Assembly (NCBI GenBank): GCA_028534125.1
Contig: CM052826.1
Location: 7,936,001-8,000,000 of the forward strand
Direction: 5' to 3'
Source of the DNA: Lama glama
Lineage: Eukaryota
DNA length: 64,000 nucleotides
The position numbers and the translations under genes are program-made. The notes beneath the pieces were generated by a model. It saw only the letters and a program-made list of their open reading frames with translations, was not told the origin of the DNA and ran no database searches. Below, piece by piece: positions 54,901-64,000 of the stretch; position 1 is the first letter of the stretch, and every line of letters begins with the position of its first letter.

Positions 54901-57900
54901 GCTGGCACAGAGAAAACACCCAGGGGGGCTGACGCGGGTGGGCTTCAGAGGTGGACCTGCCTGGGTCCTAACTCTGCTCCTGCCACTTCCCCACTGTGAC
55001 CTTGGGACAGTCACACCCCGATCTCCTCACTGGTATAACAGTACCCATTTTATAAGGCTGCAGTGAGGATCCATAGAAAGAATACGGGCAAGGAAATTAG
55101 CTCACCATATAGACGGCATCCAATAGACGTACGTTATTGCATTACTGTCGGTAATAATAACAATAACCACGTACATGGCGATGATGCTGTTACGTGCCCA
55201 GCTGAGCAGGACAGGGATGGGTAGTGACTTCCGGTGAGACCTACTGTGTGCAGACACCTCATTGCTTTACGTCCTTGCTGTGGGGACCAGCAGCACGGGC
55301 AACTGGTGTGCACGTGAACATTCGAGAAGCACTGCTTCAGCGCTTCACGTGGTCCTCAGAGGACCACCTGGGAGGTAGCCAGTGTTGGCTGGATTTACAG
55401 ACGAGGAAACTGAGACAGAATTAAAGAGTCTCAGGCCACACGGCGGGGAAGGGCAGGGCTGGGGACTCAGCCTCAGGCACCAGGGATGTGGCCCTGCAAT
55501 TCCACAGCAGAAAAAGGAGCTCCCCACTCCCCACTCCTAGTAAGTCTGGGAATGCTGTCCACCTGGAAGAGCTCCAGCCCAGAACCCAGGATAAGCTGTG
55601 TTTTTCTCCAAGCCTTCTTCCTGAAGGGTCAGGTGGACCAATCCCCAGAAGGACAGAAGGCTGGACAGACAGACAGACATGGTCCTCACCAGGCACTCCT
55701 CCAAATGGCTCTTGTCGGTGGCACAGACATCGACTCTTAAGGTCTTCTGGTGAAGAGCTGGATAGGACATGGACACCCAGAACACCTCGTTAAACAGCAG
55801 CGTGTCCGAGGCGTCCAGGGGCCGGGTCCGGAACAGGCAGGTGGTGCTTTCAGAGCAGGGAAGGATAGCCGCACGAATGTTCCTACAGGGACAGAGACGC
55901 AGGAGAGCCTGGGTCAGGTCAGGTCAGCTCAGGTGTTGGGCTGACCAGTTGCTGCAAATCCCCAAGGAGACAGCAGCGGGCCAGGGTCTGCAATTTCTCA
56001 GTCGTTATGCAGTCGTTCGTGAGGGAAGCACAAAGGGCCCCAAGGATAACACGCTGCTCTTCCTCCTCCCGAATCCCCCGGTCCTTAGACCCTCCAAGCA
56101 CGGGCACCCGAGGCCCGTGGTGCGTAAACTTCTGTGTGTAGGAGGATCAGTGAGGCTGCTCGGTCGCACTGAGGGATCCTCACACCACTGCTGGTAGGAA
56201 GGCAAAATGCTGCAACCCCTGTGGAGGGGTAGATGCCAGTCCTAACAAAATTACACATGCGTTTACCCTTCGACCCGGACAGCTGGCTTCTGAGCATCCT
56301 TCCACCAACACCGCTGCACAGTCCCAATGAGACACGGAGAAGGTGGTTTATCCCGGCACTGCGTGTAACAGCAAAAGACTGCACACAACCCCAGTGTCCC
56401 TTCTGTTTTGCCCACTCTCTGGCCTGCCTCCCTCCTTCCCATGTGTTGCGTTGCGCCCGCAGATGCTGGCTGGGGTGCAGATCACAGAAACAGATGCTCC
56501 TGCTGCTACACTCAAGGCCTACGGTCTAGTAAAGGAGAAACATGTAGGCAGGTGAGCTCAATGAAACACAACCCGGGCTGCAGTGGGCAGAACGTGCAGG
56601 TCTTGGCTGTATTATCAGCTGCCAGTAACGCCCCTCACACTCTGCCCACAGAAGCACAGTGATGCGAGTCGGCTCTTGAGAACAGCAGACCTGGCTCTTT
56701 CTGCACGGAATACTCAAGCTCGGAGCCGATGAAAGGGGCCGTGATCTTCCCTTTGAGGCTTCAAGCTCAAAGGCAGGAGTTTGCCACCCCATTCTTAGCG
56801 CTGGCACCTGGCAGGGGCTCAGGACGCACATGTCGAAGCTGTCTAGAGCGCTCCTCTCCAGAGTGAGCGTGTTTGCCACTGTGCCCGCCTCCACGCGGCC
56901 CTGAACCTGCAGCGCAGTCATACGCCCTAAACACCCACCGCGGGTTTCCCGGGGCCCGCGGTTGGAGCAGGACAGAGCAGGAGAGCGTCCCCCGGGATGG
57001 CCGCACACAGGGAGAGGATAACACACACCCCGTCAGCTGCCTACTCACACTTTCTGGTCTTGGTGCGGCAACAGTGCAGAAAGGTTGCTCAGCTGCATGA
57101 TTAATATTGCAAATTGCTTATTCTTCTCGTCATACCTGAAATGCAAAGGGGCACATGGAGCACCGATCAGGAACCCTTATCTCTCCCTCCCTTAAGAATC
57201 ACAGACGTGGCTGCTGGCAGCTCTGGGGACCGTGGTGAGCTGGAGAGGACAGGCCCAGTGTTTGCTGCCATGCAGGGAGAGCTGTCAGAATTTTTAAAGA
57301 AAGCCAGAGGTTGTATGAAATTTTCTGATATTTAAATGCTGGCAATTAATTCCTATTTAGGAAAAAAAAATATTGAGGCCATCCCGCATCAAGAGAAGAG
57401 AAAAACAAGAAATCTGGGGCTGACTTTGGTCCAGATGAGATGATAAGACAAAAGCCACAGCAATAAGGACCAAACAGACCAAGAGGAAGGAGGTCTCGGT
57501 CCCCGCTGGCTGTGCTGCTGGCCAGCGCAGCGAGTCCGGGCAAGTTACAAGGTCTTCAAGCCTTGTTTTTTCTCTTTTGTGAAATGGGGAGCCGGGAGGC
57601 AGAGAAGAGTCACCCACAGGGAGCCCCACAGCTGTCAGGGGTCCTGCTGGTTCTGCCTTCCTCCCTGGGCAGCCCTGAAGGTCAGTGCTGCAGATGAGGA
57701 AGAGCCCCTGCACAGACCATGCCCCTCTGTCTCCGCCCTCCCTGCCACTCACTTCAGGGCGATCTGAACCCGGGCCGCACCCACGACTTCTGATTCGTCA
57801 CTGTCAAAAGCAGCGGCTTCTGAAGCACCCAGTCTGGAAGACAACACGGGATAAAAAAGGCTCAGGCCTCCGTTCAGTGACCTGGGGCCAAAGGCATTTT

Positions 57901-60900
57901 CCAGAGACGGGGTTCTCTCTGGGCGGGTGTGGCCAGATCCTCAGGAGGAATGTCTGGGTCTGCTCAGCCTCCCTGAGGACCCTGCCTGCGCACCACTGCT
58001 CCGGGTCCCTCTAGCAGAGGCTGCTCTCTGTCCAGTACTCGCTCCCCTAGCCATACACCCTTGACGGCGACCTTGGAACTAGCAGTCTCCCAGATGGGAA
58101 ACGCCTCCAGCCCTGGGAGGCATAGAGCTGTCTGCATCTTCACCTCCCTCCCATGGGTCCCTCCCACATAGCTGAGGGGGCCCGGGCTCTGCGTATTCAG
58201 AGTTCCCGGGGCTCGGGGACCCACCTCTGCACAGAAGCCTCATACACACCACTGTCCCCGGCCACGGACTCATCCGACACGGCAGCCGAGACACAGGCCA
58301 CTTTCAGGCTGCACCCCTGGGCCGTATTCACCACTGAGGGAGAGAGGGAAAAAGGCAGGATGGCAAGGCGGGGTTTAGAAATCAAGATATTGTTGTCACA
58401 ACACATACTTTTGATCCCCCTACTATCCCAAGATGGTCCTGGCAAAATCCAACCACCACTGAACTTGACAGCCAGGTCCTACCTAGTTTGGGGGTGAAAG
58501 ACAGGGTAGCATTTGATTCTGTCTTTAACATCCAAGATTTCAAAGCCAAACCACCTGGGTTCAAATCTCAGCTTCACCTACTGCTTCATGACACTGGGAC
58601 ACAGATTTCATCTAAGTTCTGGATTCCTCATCTGCAAAGTGGGGCTAATAATGCCCGCCTTGTAGGGCTATTGGGAGACCCCACGAGACGTTACAGAGAA
58701 ATCCTTAGTATAGAGAATGGCGCAGGGGACGTGCTCTAGAGAAGTCAGTGCCGCTAGCCTGTTACTACACCATTTCCATCACTATGGTGGTGCCTTCTAG
58801 ATCGACCCCTACACACATAGGGCAAAATAAGAGCCCCTGGACCCTTGGGAGGGGCAAGAGGGGGAGAAAGGGAAGGATTTAAGTACTGGCTTTCCCACTC
58901 GGCCCATTCCACTCCTAGCTCAGCTCATCTCCCCCGCCCTTGATGCAGCCCCTCAGAAGTCTCTGACTCGGAGCTCAGACCCAGCATTCAGCCCATGCTG
59001 CACATTCCCGCCTTCCCCAATGGATGCCGATGGTGTGCCAGGTCCATTGCCAAGTTCAGAGCTACCAAGATGAACGGGACAGTTCCTGACCTCCGCACAG
59101 CAGGGGAAGGACGGATTTGGGTGCTTCAGCCTCACAGCCAGCACTTCTGAGCACCTGCTCTGTGCCAGGCAAGGGCGTGTGCAGACTGGGGAAGAGGCTG
59201 GGGGCAGTGCAGGCTGGGGAACGGATGGGGACCGTGAGCCTGGGAGAAGCCAAGGGGCCACCTGGGTGTGGCTTTCCCAGCCCGTGTCCCACATCTGCGG
59301 CTGCAGCCCTGGGGACCTCCTGGCTTCAGATCCATCCCTCTCCACCCTCCACTAAACCACTTAAGGAGATTAATTTGTCTGCTGACTGCACAATGGCACT
59401 AATCGCATAACCTGCTTAGTGTCTGAGCTCAGCCTGGCATCGCTCACGGTGGGGAAAGCTTCTGGAGACGGCGTGAAGAAATCCCGACCTGAGACGTGAG
59501 CGGTCTCGGGTCTCCCAGGACACTGTGGGGGAGGGCGGGGGTCGCACCCTGCACCCGGCTGGGGTCCCAGCGCCCCTGAGCCAGCTTATGGAAGCCCTTA
59601 GACAGGGAGCGCCGGGAATGCTTCCTGAGCCTCGTTAGAGGTTCCACCTGCACCCCCTCCTCTCTAGAGAACAATTTTCTCAAGTTTGCCACCTGCTGTA
59701 GTAGGAAGCCTGTTTTTATTTTTGTTTGAGAGTGCTCGGCAAGACTCTCTTCCCGATGAGGGAGCCCCAGGGATCTCTCGGCTCCTCTTCTAAGGAAATC
59801 GCTGGCGCTCATCCAGAGGAGCTTTTAATTAACCAGGAAATCTCGGCGTTCCCCACTTGCTCCCACTGGCCCTTGCACACAAATGAACGGATAGCTCTGG
59901 GCACAGCAGTGGCCCTCCCATTCATTCCTGGAGCCTCAAGGCTGAGATGGGTCGAACCTCAGGCTGGCGTCACGGAATCCACGGCTCAGTGCGGGCTCTG
60001 GGCAGGTGTTCCTGGAGCCAGTCCTGACTCCTGCTTCTCAGCAGTGACACTGTCCTTGGACAAGTCACTTACCCTCGCTGTGTCTCACTCCTCTCGTCTG
60101 AGGATAAAAATAGCACCCACCTCACACAGTTGTGGGACGGGCAGGAGTAAGTATGCATAGGAGGGCCTGTATCTTGCACACCTGAACTCAATAAATGACC
60201 TAGCTCAGTCCAGCTCTTCACACCAGACAGGCATGGTGGGGCCAGCGAGCACCAGGAGTGTCAGGAATAAATACACAGACCCGCTTCGTGTCCTGAGAGG
60301 AGTGTGACAATAAAGAGGTTGGGTTCTGGGGTCAGAAAAACCCAGGTTCCAATCCTCACTTCCCCACTTGTTGGCTGGGAGACCTAGGGCAGGTGATAGC
60401 AGCTCTCTGAACCTCTGTTTCCTCATCTGTGAAATCAGTATAATAGAAAAAACCTATTTCACCACAGAAAGCACACTGCCCACCACATAATGCACCCCAG
60501 TCAGTTAAAAAAAATTTTTTTTATTCTTTTGGAGGGGGAAGGTAATTAGGTTTTATTTTTTAATTAATTAATTTTATTTTTTAAATGGAGGTACTGGGGA
60601 ATAAATCCAGGACCTTGTGCATGCAAAGCACGTGCTCCACCACTGAGCTATACCCTCCCCCACCAATTAATATTAATAGCACAACTTATTATGTGATTGC
60701 TGCTAAAGATGAAGATTTTTCTCCTAATAAATCTTAGCTGTCATCATCCACATCCTCTCCCATTTTGAAGCTTCCGACCTGAATCTCAGTCCATGCCATA
60801 ATGTTCTTTCTGACCCTGTGCAGAATGGGAGTCACATATCCATCCCTGGCTTCAGTCACGCAGATCTGTGCCACAACCAGGATAAACTGCAAACTCCTGA

Positions 60901-62990
60901 CCGTAGCCCCGCAGGCTTACGGGACTTGTACCCTGCCTGATGCAAGGCACCCCGGCCCCTCTTGCAGCCCCTTGCTCCAGCCTCAGAGAGTTTGCTCTTG
61001 TTTCTCCCAAGGCTGGCTCCTTCTCACCGTTCAAGCCTCCGTTCAAGTGTTGCCTTCCTTCACCACTCAGTCTGAACTGGCAGCCCCAACCTGAAAAGCT
61101 CCAGCACACCCCCCGTTTTATTTTTTCCCTGGTGCCTTTATCGGTTTGGTTGTACAGTTCTGTCTGTGCCTTCATTGCACGTAGGCTTCCTGGAAACCGG
61201 GACCTTGTCTGTCCTCCGCATTGTATCCTTGTGACCAACTCACATGGCATATCTGTTCAATGAACAAACGAATGAATCCACGTACATCCCTTAGCACAGG
61301 ACCCGGCATTTGACTTCAGTACGTATTTAGTATCTGTTGAATGAATCCACCATGGAAAAATCCTTAGCTCAGGACCCAGAACATAGTAAACACGTAATAA
61401 ATTCCTACTGAATGAATAGGTAAATCGATACACCACGTAGAGAGCCAGCACGCAGAAAGCAGTAAATGTTGCCCATAATTATCATAATTGTCACTGGGGT
61501 CTGGGACTCAGACCATCCTCCTCCCTCCTCGAGCCTCCCGCCCTCGGACATGGTGCCCTCTACCTTGGCCCGACTGCTTGCCCTCTGGTCCTGGTTCCTC
61601 CAGCCGGTACCTCTCCTGGGTGCCGCTGCCAAGGCTCAGTTCGCCGAGAGTGGCACTCAGCTCGGGGTCTTCAAACTCCAGGTTGCTCAGGAAGGCGTCT
61701 CCGGCCACGAGGGGGTCAGCGATGAGAGGGGAGCAGGGTGGGGAGGGGGACGAGAGAGAGGAGCGGGGGGACAGGGAGGTCATGGACTTCGGGGTGCCGG
61801 ACACGGAGCGCAGAGCCTGCAGGCGGCCGCCCGCCTCTGCCTTCTGGGTCTTGGCCACCTCGTCCTCGTGGATTGTGGTGATGCAGCCTGAGGGCCGGAA
61901 GCCCGTGGCCCCCTCCAGGAGCAGGAATTCCACCTTGCTCTGCAGTTCCGAGTCCAGCTGCTCGAAGGGGTCATAGTAGAGGTCAGTGAAGCTGGCTGAG
62001 GTGGAGGAGTCCAGGCTGGAGGCGGCCAGGGAGCCCCGGCTGGACGTGAGGGATCCGGGGCTGCTGCCTGAGGACAGGCTCTGCATGCTGCCGGAGAGGC
62101 TGGGCCGGGGGAGAAGGAGGGCGAAGACACAGAGTGGGTGGGCCACTTGGCACATCCCACCTGGCCCATAGAAAAGCACCACGGGCTCTGAGAACATATC
62201 TCATTGGACCCTCTTGACAACCTCCAGCATCCCCATTTCACTAAAGAGGATATCCCGAGGCCACATCGTCAGGAGGTGGGGGGCAGAGCTAGGATTCCAA
62301 CCCTAGCCAGCTGCCTTAAAAACCCACTTTTCCCTCTCTGTTTCTCACACCTCCACCAGCTGCATTCCATTTGTGCATTTTTCTATGTTTGAATTCAGCC
62401 GCAAATAATGCTTAACATTTTTCTTCAAATCAACTCATTTTTTACACGTTCACGTATTTATCTTAAAAGGAAACTTTACATCCTAAGTGTAATCTGAAAA
62501 GCAGTACCACTTACTACAAACTGAAGACAACTGTTAAAAATATCTGAAATATTCTACAATTCCAGCCACCGTGCCCACAGAGGCCCAGGCCCGAGGCCAG
62601 CTCTCTCCGTGGTGTGCAAGTTGGCTGGCGGGGATCAGAATGAGACACACGAGCACCTGACTGGGGCCCTTCTGTGTGCTGTCACAAGGACAGGATGCTG
62701 CGGTCTGGGGAGGGGAAGGACCCTGCCACCGGCCGCATCAGGCCCAGCCCAAGTCCCCTAGACCATCCACCTGCCTGCTGTTCCTCTAAGTGTGCATACT
62801 GAAGAGGACACGTGAAGGACAGAGGCTGGGCTGGGCCACCGGGGGACGCCTGCATCTGGCCATGCCCCGGGGAACACCCACTGTGCCGCCTCCTGCTCAC
62901 CTTTTCAGCTGGGAGTGCAGTGCTGCTACCTGCCTGGTGGCTTCCTCCAGCTCTCTCACCAGCTGGCTCCTCTTGCTGTTTAACTTCAAC
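31294..62990 (-). CDS. WWC1: WWC1/KIBRA, 3' 14 coding exons (about exons 10-23; 5' part outside window)
   Basis: join(62901-62990,61564-62099,58225-58333,57753-57833,57049-57135,55690-55882,51567-51719,50852-50943,44942-45068,43513-43677,38337-38429,34572-34805,32311-32432,31294-31360). All introns GT-AG, phases consistent. Includes C2 domain, Glu-rich tract, aPKC-binding region and C-terminal ADDV. Exon numbers assume a 23-exon gene. Confidence 0.97.
31385..31608. mobile_element. MER20-like hAT DNA transposon relic
   Basis: ggttttcaacc...ggggccgtcctgggcacggtaggatgttta...gttgtgacaatcaaaaatg...gacattgccaaatgtcccc...ctggttgag. Confidence 0.75.
32311..32432 (-). CDS. WWC1: WWC1 exon 22
   Basis: [41 protein letters not shown]. 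Confidence 0.95.
34572..34805 (-). CDS. WWC1: WWC1 exon 21
   Basis: [78 protein letters not shown]. Confidence 0.95.
36310..36758 (+). mobile_element. MaLR (MLT1-like) LTR, truncated by gap
   Basis: gagattatcctgggtgggcccaacctaatcaggtgagccctt...gaccctgagcagaggatccagctaa...cccatggaaactg. Confidence 0.75.
36759..37258. other. Assembly gap (500 N)
   Basis: N run. Confidence 1.
38337..38429 (-). CDS. WWC1: WWC1 exon 20 (aPKC/PKMzeta-binding region)
   Basis: [31 protein letters not shown]. Confidence 0.95.
39808..39927 (-). mobile_element. vic-1-like SINE with perfect 19-bp TSD
   Basis: ggacaatccattcttatct at 39789-39807 and 39929-39947. Confidence 0.9.
40470..41178 (+). mobile_element. Old ERVL-class LTR (LTR16/33/41-like)
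   Basis: 3' end gtctgtttctgttgcttgc...aagaaccctgactggtaca is typical of ERVL/MaLR LTR termini. The 5' boundary is approximate. Confidence 0.5.
43513..43677 (-). CDS. WWC1: WWC1 exon 19
   Basis: [55 protein letters not shown]. Confidence 0.95.
44942..45068 (-). CDS. WWC1: WWC1 exon 18 (Glu-rich)
   Basis: [42 protein letters not shown]. Confidence 0.93.
45774..45873. other. Assembly gap (100 N)
   Basis: N run. Confidence 1.
45904..45954. repeat. (TA)n microsatellite
   Basis: About 25 TA units. Confidence 0.95.
48388..48562. repeat. GA-rich low-complexity polypurine tract
   Basis: Almost only A/G on the plus strand. Confidence 0.85.
48675..49001. mobile_element. MER58-like hAT relic
   Basis: ggggctaaatccaatc...gaatggcttttacatttttaaatgg...ggccctttgcagaa...ctgacccctg. 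Confidence 0.7.
50170..50640 (+). mobile_element. MaLR (MLT1-like) LTR relic
   Basis: gcagccattctggg...aagcagaatgagagaaagagcctgggttccc...aaataaatctctgtcttatttaagtc. Confidence 0.6.
50852..50943 (-). CDS. WWC1: WWC1 exon 17
   Basis: [31 protein letters not shown]. Confidence 0.93.
51567..51719 (-). CDS. WWC1: WWC1 exon 16 (end of C2 domain)
   Basis: [51 protein letters not shown]. Confidence 0.95.
55690..55882 (-). CDS. WWC1: WWC1 exon 15 (C2 domain)
   Basis: [64 protein letters not shown]. Confidence 0.95.
57049..57135 (-). CDS. WWC1: WWC1 exon 14 (C2 domain)
   Basis: [29 protein letters not shown]. Confidence 0.94.
57753..57833 (-). CDS. WWC1: WWC1 exon 13
   Basis: [27 protein letters not shown]. 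Confidence 0.94.
58225..58333 (-). CDS. WWC1: WWC1 exon 12
   Basis: [36 protein letters not shown]. Confidence 0.95.
60515..60661 (-). mobile_element. vic-1-like SINE
   Basis: ggtaattaggtttt...atggaggtactgggga...ccaggacc...accactgagctataccctcccc. Confidence 0.85.
61564..62099 (-). CDS. WWC1: WWC1 exon 11 (Ser-rich)
   Basis: [24 protein letters not shown]...[14 protein letters not shown]...[24 protein letters not shown]...GPEGKQSGQ. Confidence 0.96.
62901..62990 (-). CDS. WWC1: WWC1 exon 10 (coiled coil)
   Basis: [29 protein letters not shown]. Confidence 0.95.
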
Positions 62991-63374
62991 CTGAAGGGAG
63001 CGAAGACATGAGGGAGGAGGCTCAAGGGACCCAGCCTCCATCTCCCAGACCCCAACAGATGCGCGCAGACGTCCTGCAAGCCTTATACTATGACGTCTGG
63101 AGGGAGATGACCTCCACGTCACATCCTACAGTAACTGCTCTGTTCATCACCTGCTACACACCAGACGCTGAGTAGGAAGCGTATGACATTGCCTTAATTC
63201 ATTTGCGCAATAACTCTGCACCTTAAGAATTCTTTTTTTTAACACCACTTTGTATATGAGAAAACTGAGGTTCTTAGAGTTAAATAGTTTACTTAAAGCT
63301 AGAGAATTAGTGGCAGAATTAGGATTCCACCAACCATCCCTCCCTGTGCTATGCACAGGTATGCTGGGGAGAGA

Positions 63375-63545
63375 AATCAGGTGAAGACCTGGTAGATGGC
63401 CATGTGCAGACAAACATCCACGAGACAAGGAGACAGGTGCCAACACCTTGACCTTGGACCTCTGGTTTCCAGAACTGCGAGAAAACAGAATTCTCTTAAG
63501 TTACCCAGTGTGTGGTATTTTGGTTTGGCAGCCCTAACAAATGGA
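63375..63545 (+). mobile_element. MLT1-like LTR 3' portion
   Basis: ccaacaccttgaccttggacctctggtttccagaactgcgaga...gtgtggtattttg...ggcagccctaacaa. Confidence 0.7.
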
Positions 63546-63818
63546 TGCACCATCTCAGGGTGAGGTATATAATGGAAAAAAGGCAGGGCCCAGGACCAAG
63601 CTCTGAGTATTTACAGCATCCCAAGGCTGCATGGACCGGCAAGAGTCAGCAAAGGGGCTGGGAGGATGGTTCCAGAGAGCCTGGGGCAGAGCCAGGTGAG
63701 TGTGACGGAACCGGGGAGCAAAGACCGGCACCAAAGCCCACCACAGCCTGCAAGTTCCATCAAGCAGGCCGGTGCCCTCACCCACTCAGGAGGGCTGCTG
63801 TCGCCTACCCACTGGATG

Positions 63819-64000
63819 AGTGGTTCTCAGCTTGTGGTCACAGGCCTCCCGCATCAGACAGGGAGACATCCTTATTAAATGCACATTCCTGAGTCCTACT
63901 TTCATGGACTGAATCAGAGAGCCTGGGGGCAGGGCCCAGGAACCTGCATCTCTATTACCTATCCCAGGTGACGTTTAGGCCCTAAGGCTGAGGAGCTGCT
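63819..64000. mobile_element. MER5A-like hAT relic
   Basis: agtggttctca...ctgaatcagagagcctgggggcagggcccaggaacctgcat...cccaggtga. Confidence 0.7.

Noticed and set aside
61508-62197. 229-aa ORF as a standalone gene
   Set aside because: It is WWC1 exon 11 plus read-through into the flanking introns.

Overview
This is mammalian genomic DNA. It is probably from a camelid, inferred from six copies of a tRNA-derived vic-1-type SINE. It carries the conserved WWC1(KIBRA)-RARS1-FBLL1 block, with all three genes on the minus strand. By hand I reconstructed 14 3' coding exons of WWC1 (62990->31294, ending in the PDZ ligand ADDV*) and the complete 15-exon RARS1 CDS (24352->6365; 1983 nt = 660 aa, all introns GT-AG). 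The intronless fibrillarin retrogene FBLL1 starts at ATG 910 and runs off the left edge, so the ORF track missed it. The rest is intronic or intergenic DNA with L1, MIR, MER and MaLR/ERV LTR fragments, SINEs and three N gaps. I found no prokaryote-style novel system, and most track ORFs are spurious. The best leads are: (1) a frame-preserving 30-bp tandem repeat in the FBLL1 leader, forming a stop-free in-frame Pro-rich extension; (2) a perfect ATF4/C-EBP (AARE) core upstream of FBLL1; (3) a SINE apparently split by about 1.7 kb of older DNA in RARS1 intron 13; (4) a sense-oriented solo ERV LTR just upstream of the RARS1 promoter; (5) an RFX X-box element in WWC1 intron 15; (6) apparent absence of two WWC1 alternative splice acceptors. 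Repeat subfamily names and comparisons with human come from recognition and memory, not from searches.
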